The notes under the pieces: model-generated
What the model saw: only the letters and a program-made list of their open reading frames with translations
Database searches by the model: none
What the model was told of the DNA's origin: nothing
Part shown: piece by piece, positions 46,409 to 57,000 of the stretch
Position numbering within the stretch: the stretch's first letter is position 1
Layout: every line of letters begins with the position of its first letter
Program-made: the position numbers and the translations under genes
DNA from: Planctomycetota bacterium
GTDB taxonomy: Bacteria > Planctomycetota > UBA8108 > UBA1146
NCBI GenBank assembly: GCA_015664425.1
Contig: DQQH01000258.1
Location: 9,359-73,358 of the forward strand
Length of the DNA: 64,000 nucleotides
Reading direction: 5' to 3'

Positions 46409-48664
46409 ATGACGACGCGCAGCCGCAAGCCTTCCAGAAACACCTCCAAGGGGAGTGAGAAGAGAAAAACCAGCAAGAAGCCGGTGGCCACGGGGAAGCG
46501 CAAGGGATCGGCGAGCCGCAGCAAATCTGCTTACCCTTCGAAAGCGAGCGGCAAGAAAACCAGCGCTGCTTCCAAGGCTGGTCTCGACCGGGATCAACTC
46601 CTGGCCATCTACCGCAACATGTTTCTCAGCAGGGAGATCGATGAGGAGGAGATCCGCCTCAAGGCGAAGGGGCAGATCTTCTTCCAGATCAACGGCTGCG
46701 GTCACGAGGCGGTGTGCACTGCAGCGGCGATGGCGTTACGGCCAGGCTACGACTGGTTCTTTCCCTACTATCGAGACCGGGCACTGGTTCTTCAGCTTGG
46801 CCTCACGCCGACCGAGATGTTCAAGACTGGGACTGCTGCCGCTGATGAACCTGCAGGGGCTGGTCGCCAGATGCCGAGCCACTGGGGGAGTGTAGCGCTC
46901 AACATCGTCAATCAATCGAGCTGTACCGGTAGTCAGGTCCTCCATGCAGTCGGTTGCGCAGAAGCCTGGAGCAAGGGGCACCAGATCCCCGAACTGCAGG
47001 AGAAGATCCGGGGCTGGAGGAAGGATGAGATCGCCTACGTTTCCATCGGAGATGGGGGTACCAGCGAGGGGGAGGTGTGGGAGGCGTTGAGTTCCGCCTG
47101 CATCTTGCGCTTGCCGGTTCTCTTCCTGGTCGAGGACAACGACTACGCCATCAGCGTACCCGTCGAGGTGAACACCCCTGGTGGGTCGATTTCGAACCTG
47201 CTCGAGGGGTACCACGGTCTCACCGTTCACGAGGTGGACGGCTGTGACCCGGTCGCCAGTTACCAGTTATTCAGTGAGGTGGTCGAGGGGCTTCGCTCCG
47301 GGGGTGGTCCGGTCCTCGTCCATGCCCATGTTGTCAGACCATACTCCCATTCCCTCTCCGATGATGAGCGCGCCTACCGAACCGAGAAGGAACGTCAGGA
47401 AGAATTCCGGAGGGATCCTCTCGCCTCCTTCCCGAAACGTCTCATCGAGGAAAAATACGCCACAGAGGAGGAACTCGAAGCGATCCGGGGGGAGGTTCGT
47501 GCGCAAGTGAGGGAGGCGAGCGAAGTGGCAGTGGTTGCCATCCAGCCCGATCCCAGCACAGTCCTGGAGAACATCTACTCCCCTGATTTCGACCCCACCG
47601 ATCGGTCCCTCGAGTCGGTGGCTGAACCTCGCGGGGAGGCTCAGCAGGCAACCATGGTGGACCTGATCAACTCCTGTCTGCGCGAGGAGATGCGGCGCGA
47701 TCCAGAGATCGTCATCTTCGGTGAGGATGTCGCTGATGCCAGCCGCGAAGACGCACTCGAAGAGTGCAAGGGCAAGGGGGGTGTCTTCAAGGTTACCCAT
47801 GGATTGCAAAGGGAGTTCGGCAACCACCGTGTTTACAACTCGCCGCTGGCGGAAGCCAATATCGTCGGTCGGGCGATAGGGATGGCATTGCGTGGAATGA
47901 AACCGGTGGTCGAGGTGCAGTTTCTCGATTACATCTGGCCCGCCTACCATCAGATTCGTTCGGAACTGGCCCTGATGAGGTGGCGATCGAATGGGGCTAA
48001 CAGTTGCCCGACGGTGATTCGAGTCGCATGTGGTGGGTACCTCAGAGGTGGCTCGATTTACCACAGCCAGTCTGCAGAGAGTCTCTTCACTCACATTCCC
48101 GGACTTCGAGTGGTGATGCCGTCGAATGCCGTCGATGCCAATGGGCTGTTGCGTACGGCGATCCGCTGCGACGATCCCGTCATATTCATGGAGCACAAGC
48201 ACCTCTACAGGCAGACCTACAACAAGGGGACAGACCCGGGTCCTGAATTCACCGTGCCCTTCGGCAAGGCGGCCACGGTCCGGCAAGGAGATGCCCTCAC
48301 CATCATCACCTATGGGGCCCTCGTCCAGCGTTCTCTCATCGCCGCCAAGGCGCTTGCAAAGGAGGGGATCGAGGTGGAGATTCTCGATCTCCGGTCCCTG
48401 TCTCCCTACGACTGGGAATCGATCGAGGAGAGTGTCTTGAGGACCAGCAAGGCGATCGTCGTCCATGAAGACTCGGTCTCGTGGGGATACGGTGCCGAAA
48501 TTGCTGCAAGAATTTCCGATGAACTCTTCGCACATTTGGACGCGCCCGTTCGCCGCCTGGGAGCACTCGATTGCTTCGTCGCATACGCCCCTGATCTCGA
48601 GGAGGCGATCCTCCCGCAATCACAGCAGGTACAGGAGGCTGTCAGGCAACTTGCCAGCTATTGA
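46409..48664 (+). CDS. Fused E1 alpha-beta 2-oxoacid dehydrogenase component with a Lys/Ser-rich N-terminal extension
   Basis: The alpha part has the TPP motif [14 protein letters not shown]...[14 protein letters not shown]. The beta part has IFGEDV...[50 protein letters not shown]. The ATG at 46409 was chosen; the ORF-track start at 46010 adds non-coding-like sequence. Confidence 0.8.
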   Translation: MTTRSRKPSRNTSKGSEKRKTSKKPVATGKRKGSASRSKSAYPSKASGKKTSAASKAGLDRDQLLAIYRNMFLSREIDEEEIRLKAKGQIFFQINGCGHEAVCTAAAMALRPGYDWFFPYYRDRALVLQLGLTPTEMFKTGTAAADEPAGAGRQMPSHWGSVALNIVNQSSCTGSQVLHAVGCAEAWSKGHQIPELQEKIRGWRKDEIAYVSIGDGGTSEGEVWEALSSACILRLPVLFLVEDNDYAISVPVEVNTPGGSISNLLEGYHGLTVHEVDGCDPVASYQLFSEVVEGLRSGGGPVLVHAHVVRPYSHSLSDDERAYRTEKERQEEFRRDPLASFPKRLIEEKYATEEELEAIRGEVRAQVREASEVAVVAIQPDPSTVLENIYSPDFDPTDRSLESVAEPRGEAQQATMVDLINSCLREEMRRDPEIVIFGEDVADASREDALEECKGKGGVFKVTHGLQREFGNHRVYNSPLAEANIVGRAIGMALRGMKPVVEVQFLDYIWPAYHQIRSELALMRWRSNGANSCPTVIRVACGGYLRGGSIYHSQSAESLFTHIPGLRVVMPSNAVDANGLLRTAIRCDDPVIFMEHKHLYRQTYNKGTDPGPEFTVPFGKAATVRQGDALTIITYGALVQRSLIAAKALAKEGIEVEILDLRSLSPYDWESIEESVLRTSKAIVVHEDSVSWGYGAEIAARISDELFAHLDAPVRRLGALDCFVAYAPDLEEAILPQSQQVQEAVRQLASY

Positions 48665-48787
48665 GGTGGCAGATCTTCCTCCGGGAACCGTTCTTCCTGC
48701 TGCTTCGTTCGTGTACTCTGGGGGAGGACCGCCGCTTACGGTCACCTCCCTGCGAGGCCCTGAAGCCGTTGAAAGTACAAGGAGAAG

Positions 48788-50845
48788 ATGGAAGAGAGAC
48801 CGAAAGACCACCACGACGGGGACAGCGAAGGCCCTCCTGAAGCACCCCGCTGGACCCAGCGCCCCTGGTTCTGGTTCATGGTTCTGTTGCTGCTCGTCAT
48901 GACAGTGATGAACTACATCGGCAGCGATATCGAGAGGTCCTCTTCTGAGGGAAATTTCACCCTCCTGGTCGAGCAGATCCGTAACGGAAACGTCGAGCAG
49001 ATCAAGGAACTGGAGTCGAGCTACTTCCTGGCGAAGTTGCGTCAGGAGATACAGATTCCCGTTCAGGGTGATTTCGACGGGGAGGAACTCATTTCAGCGA
49101 GTTCGATTCGGGTGGTGATCAAGGGAGACGCCCTGCTCGAGAAGATCTCGAATGCCTGCGATGAGAAGAATACCCCTCTCGAATTACGGAGCACTGCCAG
49201 CGAATTCTGGGCGGTGATCTTTGGCAGTCTCCTGCCGATCCTTATCCTTGTTCTCTTCTTCTGGTTCATTAGCAGCCGGGTCCGCAGGCAGATGGGGCCG
49301 GGGATCTTCGGGAAGTTCTCAGGGAACCGAGCGAAGAGATTCGACGCCGACGGGGATCTGGTCACCTTTGAAGAGGTTGCTGGATTGCGCAACGTCAAGA
49401 AGGAACTCCAGGAGATTGTTGACTTCCTCCGGACCCCGGAAAAATACACCCGATTGGGGGCGAAGATTCCCAAGGGGGTGTTGCTGATCGGACCACCGGG
49501 GACTGGGAAGACACTTCTCGCCCGGGCCGTTGCAGGAGAAGCGGGGGTTCCCTTCTTTTCCATATCGGGATCGGAGTTCATCGAACTGTTCGTTGGCGTC
49601 GGTGCCTCTCGAGTCAGAGAACTCTTCGAGGAGGCGAAGAAGAACGCTCCCTGCATTATCTTCATCGATGAGATCGATGCTGTTGGAAGGTCGAGAGGTG
49701 CGGGTCTCGGTGGCGGTCACGACGAACGTGAGCAGACTCTCAACCAGATACTTTCGGAGATGGATGGTTTCGAGACCCATCAGGCGGTGATCGTACTGGC
49801 GGCGACCAATCGCCCCGATGTCCTCGATGCTGCTCTTGTCAGACCTGGCCGATTCGACCGTCAAGTGGTTGTCGAACGCCCGCAAAAAGAGGGCCGCCGT
49901 GCGATTCTGAAGGTCCACACCCGCCAGATTCCTCTCCATGATGACGTCGACCTGGAAGCGGTTGCCAGGGGGACGATTGGATTCTCGGGGGCAGACCTCG
50001 AGAACCTTGCCAATGAAGCGGCGCTGAATGCAGCCCGAGAAAACAAGAACATCATCACCAAGGAAGATTTCGACACGGCGAAGGACAAGATTCTCCTCGG
50101 GACCCTTCGCGATGAGACTCTCAGCGAGAAGGAACGCAAACTCACCGCCTTCCACGAGGCGGGGCATGCGCTCCTCGCCATGCTTCTGCCAGGCGCTGAC
50201 CCTGTTCATTCAGTCACCATCGTCCCACGAGGGCGGGCGCTCGGGGTAACTCAGCAACTTCCAGCCGAGGAGATCCACAGTTATTCGCGGACCTATCTGA
50301 TGAATCGGATCGTAATTCTCCTCGGAGGCCGTGCTGCGGAGGAGATCGTCTTCAATGAGTCGACCACCGGTGCCGAGAACGATCTCGAGCAAGCAACGAA
50401 GCTGATCGAGCGGATGATCTGCCGCTGGGGCATGAGTGAGAAGGTCGGTCCCATCTCCTATCGCCGTGGGGAGGAGCAGGTCTTCCTCGGCCGGGAGATC
50501 GGCGAGGGGCGGCATCTCAGCGAGCAAACATCGAACCTGATCGATGAGGAGATTCGCGCTTTCATGGAGAAAGGGCACCAGGAGGCGCTGAAATTGCTGC
50601 GAGGGGAACGAGAGCGCCTCGACAAGCTGGCGAACGAGCTCCTCGAAAAAGAGGTCCTCACCGACAGGGAGATCTACCAACTCCTCGAGATCGAGTTGCC
50701 TCCATCTCTGGCAGAGGAAGAGGGGGAAGGGTCTCCATCAACAGAGGGTGGCAAATCCACGGAATCCTCGGCTGAAAAGGAGGTTGACCCCTCCGCTGCC
50801 GACGAGGGGCTCGATCCGGGCATGCTGGGCCTCGAGGGGGCATAG
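48788..50845 (+). CDS. ftsH: ATP-dependent zinc metalloprotease FtsH
   Basis: Two TM helices, Walker [12 protein letters not shown], and the Zn motif HEAGHAL. Confidence 0.95.
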   Translation: MEERPKDHHDGDSEGPPEAPRWTQRPWFWFMVLLLLVMTVMNYIGSDIERSSSEGNFTLLVEQIRNGNVEQIKELESSYFLAKLRQEIQIPVQGDFDGEELISASSIRVVIKGDALLEKISNACDEKNTPLELRSTASEFWAVIFGSLLPILILVLFFWFISSRVRRQMGPGIFGKFSGNRAKRFDADGDLVTFEEVAGLRNVKKELQEIVDFLRTPEKYTRLGAKIPKGVLLIGPPGTGKTLLARAVAGEAGVPFFSISGSEFIELFVGVGASRVRELFEEAKKNAPCIIFIDEIDAVGRSRGAGLGGGHDEREQTLNQILSEMDGFETHQAVIVLAATNRPDVLDAALVRPGRFDRQVVVERPQKEGRRAILKVHTRQIPLHDDVDLEAVARGTIGFSGADLENLANEAALNAARENKNIITKEDFDTAKDKILLGTLRDETLSEKERKLTAFHEAGHALLAMLLPGADPVHSVTIVPRGRALGVTQQLPAEEIHSYSRTYLMNRIVILLGGRAAEEIVFNESTTGAENDLEQATKLIERMICRWGMSEKVGPISYRRGEEQVFLGREIGEGRHLSEQTSNLIDEEIRAFMEKGHQEALKLLRGERERLDKLANELLEKEVLTDREIYQLLEIELPPSLAEEEGEGSPSTEGGKSTESSAEKEVDPSAADEGLDPGMLGLEGA

Positions 50846-51092
50846 AGGGGAGACCCCCTTTTCATATGGGCGCTCCTGTTGTCACAATGGCGGCGGGAGA
50901 GGCAGGGCCGTGGCGACGGTTGTTGCGGATCCGCCTCGGGGTGACATGATCGGCCGATTCTCACCTCTACCGGATGGCGAGCGACCACGATCTCACGTGG
51001 CCCCAAGCCGCCGAACCGGCTCGTTTTCCGAAGACGATCCGCCTTCACCGTCTCAACAACGAGATTCAGATTGCAGGCGTCGTTGCCTCGGG

Positions 51093-52718
51093 ATGATGAA
51101 ACTCGATGGACTCCTCCAACAAAGGGCCCTGGGAGAAGTCAACCCGACCGAGAGCATTTCTCTGCTCAGATGCCTCGACCGCCTCGGCACGGAGCCTGTC
51201 GATGGGTGGTCCTTGCTCCTCCCGGGAGGGGTTCATTCCCTGTTGCGTGGATTCGTTCGCCTGACCCATCTGCTCTCGAGCCTCCACGCAGGTGGGGTAC
51301 CGGTGGTCGCACTTCTCCCGCGAGCGGTCAGGGTTCGTTCGGGAGGTGAACTCGATCTTGACGCCGAACAGCTGGAGAGGGTGATTCCGAGGGACCTCGA
51401 TCAGGCGGCACCCTCCCTCGCGCCGGAGGTCCTTCTCGATCCTCGGGGGGGACATCTCGGAGAACCCCAGGCGGTCTATGCCGTCGCTGCGTTGCTCCAC
51501 CGTTGTCTCGCAGGAACTCCACCCTGGGGGGGACGGAATGCGGCGGAAGTCGCCGATCGAATTCTCACCGGGTCTCCACCCAGCGATTCCTTTTCCGCAG
51601 GCAATCTCCCCCCGGGCCTGGGCCCATTGCTCAGGGATGCGTTGCACCTCGACCCTGCTGCCCGACCGGCAACCCTGCGCGGCTTTGCATCGATGCTCGA
51701 ATCGGTGACGATGGGAGGTCGACCACGGGCGGAGGTCGCCCGTCGCCTGACGAACCAGCGCCAGCCCCACGCTCCCTGGGGTCCGATCCTGCTCGTGGCG
51801 GCGATCCTCATCTTCGCTCTGGCAGCCTTTCGCCGCTCATCTGTCGAGGATGAGATCCACCGGGTTGCCGACCGGCTGTGGTCGGTGATGGCTGTCCGGC
51901 CCCTGCCGATGCTGGGAGAAGATCCTCCGACCCATGCCCTGGCCGGAGTGGTTCTGCGCTCCGAAGAACACCATATCGGGGCTCTCGGCGATGATCCCCG
52001 CCTGCTCCTCTCTCTCGCCTGGGCGCAGATCAGGGCTGGGCACTACGAGAGCGCCGTCAGGAGCGCCCGACGTGTTCTCCTCTACGGCCCACGGGCTGCC
52101 GGAGCCTGGGTGACCATCGGAATCGCTCGCCTGGAGATGGGGGATGAGGGTGGGTTGATGGAGTTGAGGCGAGGTCTGGGCATGACCGCAGAGGGCGAGG
52201 AGCAGCGCTGGTTGCAGGTCGCGGGGCACTTCTACCTTCTCGAGTTCGATGCTGCTGCAGCGGGCTTCGAGCGCTGGACCCGCGACCACCCGAGGGACTT
52301 TTCCGGCTGGCTCCACCTTGCACTCTCGACCTATCGAGCGGGGAGGGTGGAGAGCGCCAGCAAGGCTCTGACCCAAGCGCAGCGCCTGCGTCCCCATGAC
52401 CCCTGGGTTGAGTGGTTGAGGGCGGAGATCCTCCTGGCCACCGGCGATGCGCCAGGGGCCATCCTGGTGGTCGATCGCAGCAAGACAGCCTGGGTCCGGC
52501 AACCCGCGCTTCTCCTGCGAGGTGGGGACCTCCTTCGCCGTCTCGGGGAGGAGGAGGGGGGAGAGGACTGGATTCAGCGTGCTATCGAGGAGTACGGAGA
52601 TCCCGAAGCAAGCCACTGGTTGGAGGAAAAAGCCTCGAAACCGCCGTTTTCTGCGCCCTCTCCCCCTCTCGAAGAAGTTCCTGAACATCCGGCGAATAGA
52701 AGCGTCTCGGATCCGTAG
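51093..52718 (+). CDS. Membrane protein with a degenerate protein-kinase C-lobe-like N-domain (pseudokinase), one TM helix and C-terminal TPR repeats (start uncertain; alternative ATG at 50946)
   Basis: APE-like SLAPEVLL...AVYAVAALLHRCLAGTPPW...DALHLDPAARP resembles kinase subdomains VIII-XI. I see no Gly-loop, VAIK or HRD motifs. The TM helix is ILLVAAILIFALAAF, followed by TPR-like helical repeats. Confidence 0.5.
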   Translation: MMKLDGLLQQRALGEVNPTESISLLRCLDRLGTEPVDGWSLLLPGGVHSLLRGFVRLTHLLSSLHAGGVPVVALLPRAVRVRSGGELDLDAEQLERVIPRDLDQAAPSLAPEVLLDPRGGHLGEPQAVYAVAALLHRCLAGTPPWGGRNAAEVADRILTGSPPSDSFSAGNLPPGLGPLLRDALHLDPAARPATLRGFASMLESVTMGGRPRAEVARRLTNQRQPHAPWGPILLVAAILIFALAAFRRSSVEDEIHRVADRLWSVMAVRPLPMLGEDPPTHALAGVVLRSEEHHIGALGDDPRLLLSLAWAQIRAGHYESAVRSARRVLLYGPRAAGAWVTIGIARLEMGDEGGLMELRRGLGMTAEGEEQRWLQVAGHFYLLEFDAAAAGFERWTRDHPRDFSGWLHLALSTYRAGRVESASKALTQAQRLRPHDPWVEWLRAEILLATGDAPGAILVVDRSKTAWVRQPALLLRGGDLLRRLGEEEGGEDWIQRAIEEYGDPEASHWLEEKASKPPFSAPSPPLEEVPEHPANRSVSDP

Positions 52719-52788
52719 GTTGAGTTGAGGGACGGGGACGACCGCGCGGCGTCCTGGACTGTCCCTCCTCGACAGAAAGGAAACCGAG

Positions 52789-53412
52789 ATGAAATTCCTG
52801 AGAACCCTGTTCCTTCTCGTTTCTGGTGGCCTGCTGGTCACCGCCCCGGGCACCGTCGAAGGCGCTCCTGGGAACTCGGCGGGGCGAGACAAAAAGGCCG
52901 CTGTGGAAAAGGTGTCCCTGTTGCGGAGCGTCAGGGGGGTGACTCCTCTGCGCACGACCGCTGTGACCCGGAACAAGCGGGCGGTGACCCCCCGGCGCGT
53001 GGTGACGAAGACGCGCTCCAAGAGGACCGTTGTTCCGCTCTCGACGAGGCATTTCCGAGGCAGTATCGATCGTGTTGGCACGGTTCGCTGCAGGCGTAAC
53101 AATCACGTACATGAGTTCCTGCAGGGTGTCAGATTCTTCAATCGTGGCCTCCAGTGCTTCCGAAGGCTCTCCTGCGGGCGGGTGGAGTTTTATCTGCCCG
53201 GCCACTACGAGATGGTTTCGCGGGAAATCATCGAGCCTGGTCGCTGGAAGTACCTGAATACCCGGGTTGCTTTGCCGGTATTCGGCTGTTTCCCGGGCCT
53301 TCTGCGGACACAGCGAAATAGGGTCTGGATCGCGCCGAGAATCCGTGTGGTGACCGAACGCTGCTGGGTTCCGGGAGCCTGGGTCGAAACCCACTCCCTC
53401 CATGTTTCCTGA
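52789..53412 (+). CDS. Secreted basic Cys-containing hypothetical protein (weak WxxGxW-repeat resemblance)
   Basis: Signal peptide MKFLRTLFLLVSGGLLVTAPGTVEGA, an Arg/Lys/Thr/Val-rich repeat region (VTPLRTTAVTRNKRAVTPRRVVTKTRSKRTVVP), and a C-terminal CWVPGAWVE. Confidence 0.5.
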   Translation: MKFLRTLFLLVSGGLLVTAPGTVEGAPGNSAGRDKKAAVEKVSLLRSVRGVTPLRTTAVTRNKRAVTPRRVVTKTRSKRTVVPLSTRHFRGSIDRVGTVRCRRNNHVHEFLQGVRFFNRGLQCFRRLSCGRVEFYLPGHYEMVSREIIEPGRWKYLNTRVALPVFGCFPGLLRTQRNRVWIAPRIRVVTERCWVPGAWVETHSLHVS

Positions 53413-53415
53413 GAA

Positions 53416-53456
53416 GCTGGGGCCGTGTCTCCTGTGCGCGCGGCCCCAGCCCTTTT
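53416..53456 (+). terminator. Rho-independent terminator after the secreted-protein gene
   Basis: GCTGGGGCCG-N15-CGGCCCCAGC followed by CCTTTTG, starting 4 nt after the stop. Confidence 0.6.
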
Positions 53457-53825
53457 GCAGAAGCCCTTGATCCAGATCATGGGATCTCATAGGCTGCCGA
53501 CGCAACGCGGGGCGCCAGGCCGAAGTACGCCGCCTGTCTGGGGTCTCGAAAGGGGAATGGGTCTCGGGTTCTCCGCACCTTGTTGTTCCACCTCGCCTCT
53601 CGTGGATCCGAAATCACCGAAAATCTGAATTCAGGCAGCGCCTCAGTTTTGCGTGTTGCCTCAAGTGGTGCATCCTGGCCAGGGGGGAATGGGGATGGCA
53701 GGAGACCCGATCTGGACCGCTCCCACCCCGTCCACAATTGAAATCAAGGAGCCAATGGCCTGTCCGTCCCTACGCTTTCCATGGGCAGGTTCCTCCATTT
53801 CCTCGTTTATTTCAGACCCAAACTC

Positions 53826-53858
53826 CTCCTCACCGAGTAGGGACGGTGAGGAGATTTT
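53826..53858 (+). terminator. Orphan terminator-like hairpin inside a ~650-bp ORF-poor spacer (possible sRNA 3' end or leader attenuator)
   Basis: CTCCTCACCG-AGTAGGGA-CGGTGAGGAG, a perfect 10-bp stem followed by ATTTT. Confidence 0.4.
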
Positions 53859-54064
53859 CGTAGGCAATAGGGGCCGTTCGGCAGTCAGCTGGGGAGACCG
53901 TCCAGGCGCCCTCGGCGGCGTTACAACGCTCCCTCGCCTCAGGACAGCGCCTCTTCCGTAACCTCTCCCCTTCCCGCAACTTTTCTTTACACCCCCAATT
54001 GGCCGCGCTAGTATTACCGTCACGAATCAATACGGTTTATTGGAAGTGAGGAGGTTTCGTGGGG

Positions 54065-57000
54065 ATGACCCGTGAGGAACCGATCGACATGACACCGCAG
54101 GATGCTGAGGATCGGGGCCTCTCACCCGACCGGAACGAGATCCTCGATGAACTCGAGGATCTGATCCGCTGCGCTCTCCTCGCCGAGAGAGGCCAGGGAA
54201 GCGGCGTTGCCCTTGTCCTGGTTCGTGGTGCCAGTGGCCAGGGGAAAAGCCGCCTCGTCGAGGACCTCCTCGAACGCCTCGGAGATGAACGTCCTCTCTT
54301 CCAGGAGGTGGAGTGTCACGAGCGCCAGGGGATTCCCTTCCTGCCGGTGCTCCGTTTGATCAAGAACCTCATCGTATCCAGTCTCGCCCCGCGGGAGTTG
54401 TGGAGAAAATACGCTCACGTTCTGACCCGGGTATTCCCTGAACTGGTGGAGCAACTCGGAGGAGCCATGCCCCCCGATCCTCTGCCCGGGGAGGATGGTC
54501 GGATCCAGTTCCATCAGGCTCTCACCAGTATCCTCCTCGAGTTGGCTGCGGAGAGACCGCTTCTACTGGCGATCCACGACATCCATCGCTGTGATCGGGG
54601 GACGATCGAGTTCATCACATTTCTCGCTCGCAACGTGTTCCTCTCGACCGGCGGCCAACGCTCCGAGGTCGATGCGTCCGCTGGTTCAGAGGAGGGTTCC
54701 CGGGAGTGGAAGCAAATTCACACCCGTGAAGGTCGCGATGGGAAATCGGTCTCGGAGTTCCTCGAATCGGATGAGGGCTCCACCTCCGAGGGGTCTCCGG
54801 GTGCCAGGATCCAGATCGTCGTCAATTACACCTCAAAGGACAGCGCTGCTCGCCTCGCCGGGGAAACGGACGAGGTCCTCGCCTCCCTCGGGCGCCTGGC
54901 AAAGGAGCCCTTCTCGCGGCATTTTGATCTGCCTCCCCTGATGCCTGGCGATCTGGCACAGATGGTCGAGACGGAGGTCGAAGCCCGCTGCGAGCCGGGA
55001 CAGATCGAGAGGGTGTACGAGGCCACCGGAGGCAACCCGCTGCGCGCCCTCGACCTCTGTCGTCTGGTGTCGGAGAGTGGCGGGAACTGGCGGCTTCTCG
55101 ACGACATCTTGCCGGCGATACTCCCGAAAGGAGCGAGTTCTGCTCAGGAGCAGCTGGGGCGTGGCGTCTTCATGAGGCGTCTTGCCTCCTTGCCTGCCCT
55201 ACAGGTGATGGTGCTTCGTTACCTGGCGCTTCTCCGTCGCCCCGCCGATGCCGTCTTCATCGGTGAGGCCTGTCAAAGTGACCCCCAGATCCTCGATGAA
55301 GCCTTGCTGGAACTGACCGATCGAGGGTTCATCCGCTCGCGTCAGGTTCGCAACCTGTCTCGCTTTCACATCGGACATGAGGACCATCTGCGCTGGATTC
55401 GCAGAGGGATCGAGCCCTCCGAAGCCCGACGCTTACAGGGAGATCTGGGACGGATTCTGGCGGAAGATCCACGCGCGAGTGAGCCGGTCAGATCGTTCGA
55501 GATCTACGAGCAGTTGCGGGCTGCAGGTCAACTCGAGGAGTGTAGGGGCCATGGGTTTTCGGCGTTCCGCTTCTTCTCCAGCGCTTACGCCGAGCACCTC
55601 GCAATCCGGGTTGGCCGTGAACTGATCGACTCCCTCGGGGCCGACGGTGATCCGGAGATGCGTCACGACGTGCTGATGGAACTCATCGAGCTGGAGATGG
55701 GGACCGGCCAGCAGGAACTTGCCAAGGCCCACGCCAAGTCCCTCATCGAGGATCCAGAACTGCCGGCTGGCCCGCGTCTCGAGGGGCTGCTCCTCCTCGC
55801 CGAGATTTACTGCCAGCTGGGTGAACCCCTCAAGGGGATCAAGGCCCTCAACCGAGTGCCACGGGAGACGGTGGCGACGGTGGGGGGGCTCTCCGAGGCG
55901 CGCATCACAACAAAGCGCGCACGTCTCCGCCTCGAGCGCCGGGATTTCAAGCGTGCGATCAGCCTCTGCCTGCGGGGCCTCAAGGAACTCGAAGGCACCG
56001 CTGAAGAGCCAGTTCATCTCTCATTGCGTGCCGATCTTCTCGAGTTCCTTTCCGAGGCGCACCTTCGTCGAGGAGAGACCGTCTCGGCCCTGAACCACTA
56101 CCAGTCCCTGCTCGAACTGGTCGAGGGGCTCGGAGATGATGTCCGCCTCTCCTCGGTGCTGAGGACCCTGAGCCGGGTCTACTACGATCGAGGAAATCAT
56201 TTCCGCTCCGCTCGATACCTCTTCCGTGCACTCGAGGTGATCGAGCGCACACGCGATTTCCGCGCTCTGGCCTCCACCTACGAACTCCTCGGCAAGGTCT
56301 ACCGGAATTCAGGCGATTTCCCTCGCAGCCTGGAACACTTCCGACTCAGCTTGCGCCTCCGGGAAAAGATTGGTGATGCGAAACTTCTGTCACCGACGCT
56401 CAATTCCATCGGCAGTCTGCATTCCCACAACGGTGATTACGCTCGTGCCATCCGCTATTTCAAGCGCAGCGTGACCAACAGCGAACGGTTCGGCAGCACC
56501 GATGGAATCGTCCGCTCCTTCCTCCATCTTGGCTGGGTCTTTCACGAGTTGGGCGAACGCAAGCAACTGGAGAGTCTTTGCCGACAGGTGCTGATTCTCT
56601 CCCAGGAGTTCGATCTCCTCGATCTGGAAGCAGAAGGCCACCGGCTCGCAGGAAGCCTCGCCTTCCTCAGGGGGGACTTGAAGAACTCCGAGAAGGAATT
56701 CCGGCGCTCCCTGGAAATCGCCCAGAAGAGAGGAATGACCAAACTCGCAGCTGCCAGCCACCTCGACCTGGCTGCCCTCGAGCAGAAGCGCGAGCGATAC
56801 GAAGCTGCCCTCAAACTGGTCAGCCGGGGAATACTCCAGGCTGAAGAGATCCAGTCGATCCCGTTCCAGGTCAGGGGATTGCTTCTCAAGGGAGAGATTT
56901 CCCGCCATCTCCGCGGTGGCAGCCCAGAACGGACCCGGGAGTGCTACGAGAAGGCGGTCACCCTGGTCTCCGGGGAGACGCTGATGCCGTTGCAGTGGTC

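Noticed and set aside
47267-48619. 450-aa antisense ORF opposite the E1 alpha-beta fusion; likewise 36630..37676, 51837..53102 and 56390..57361
   Set aside because: The same GC-driven shadow-ORF pattern. The sense strand carries the recognisable domains.
53653-53961. 102-aa plus-strand ORF (and 53661..54023 on the minus strand) in the long spacer upstream of the giant regulator
   Set aside because: It has no convincing RBS (AAGGAG is only 3 nt from an internal ATG) and an odd composition. It also reads straight through a perfect terminator hairpin, so I treated the region as non-coding with a possible sRNA.
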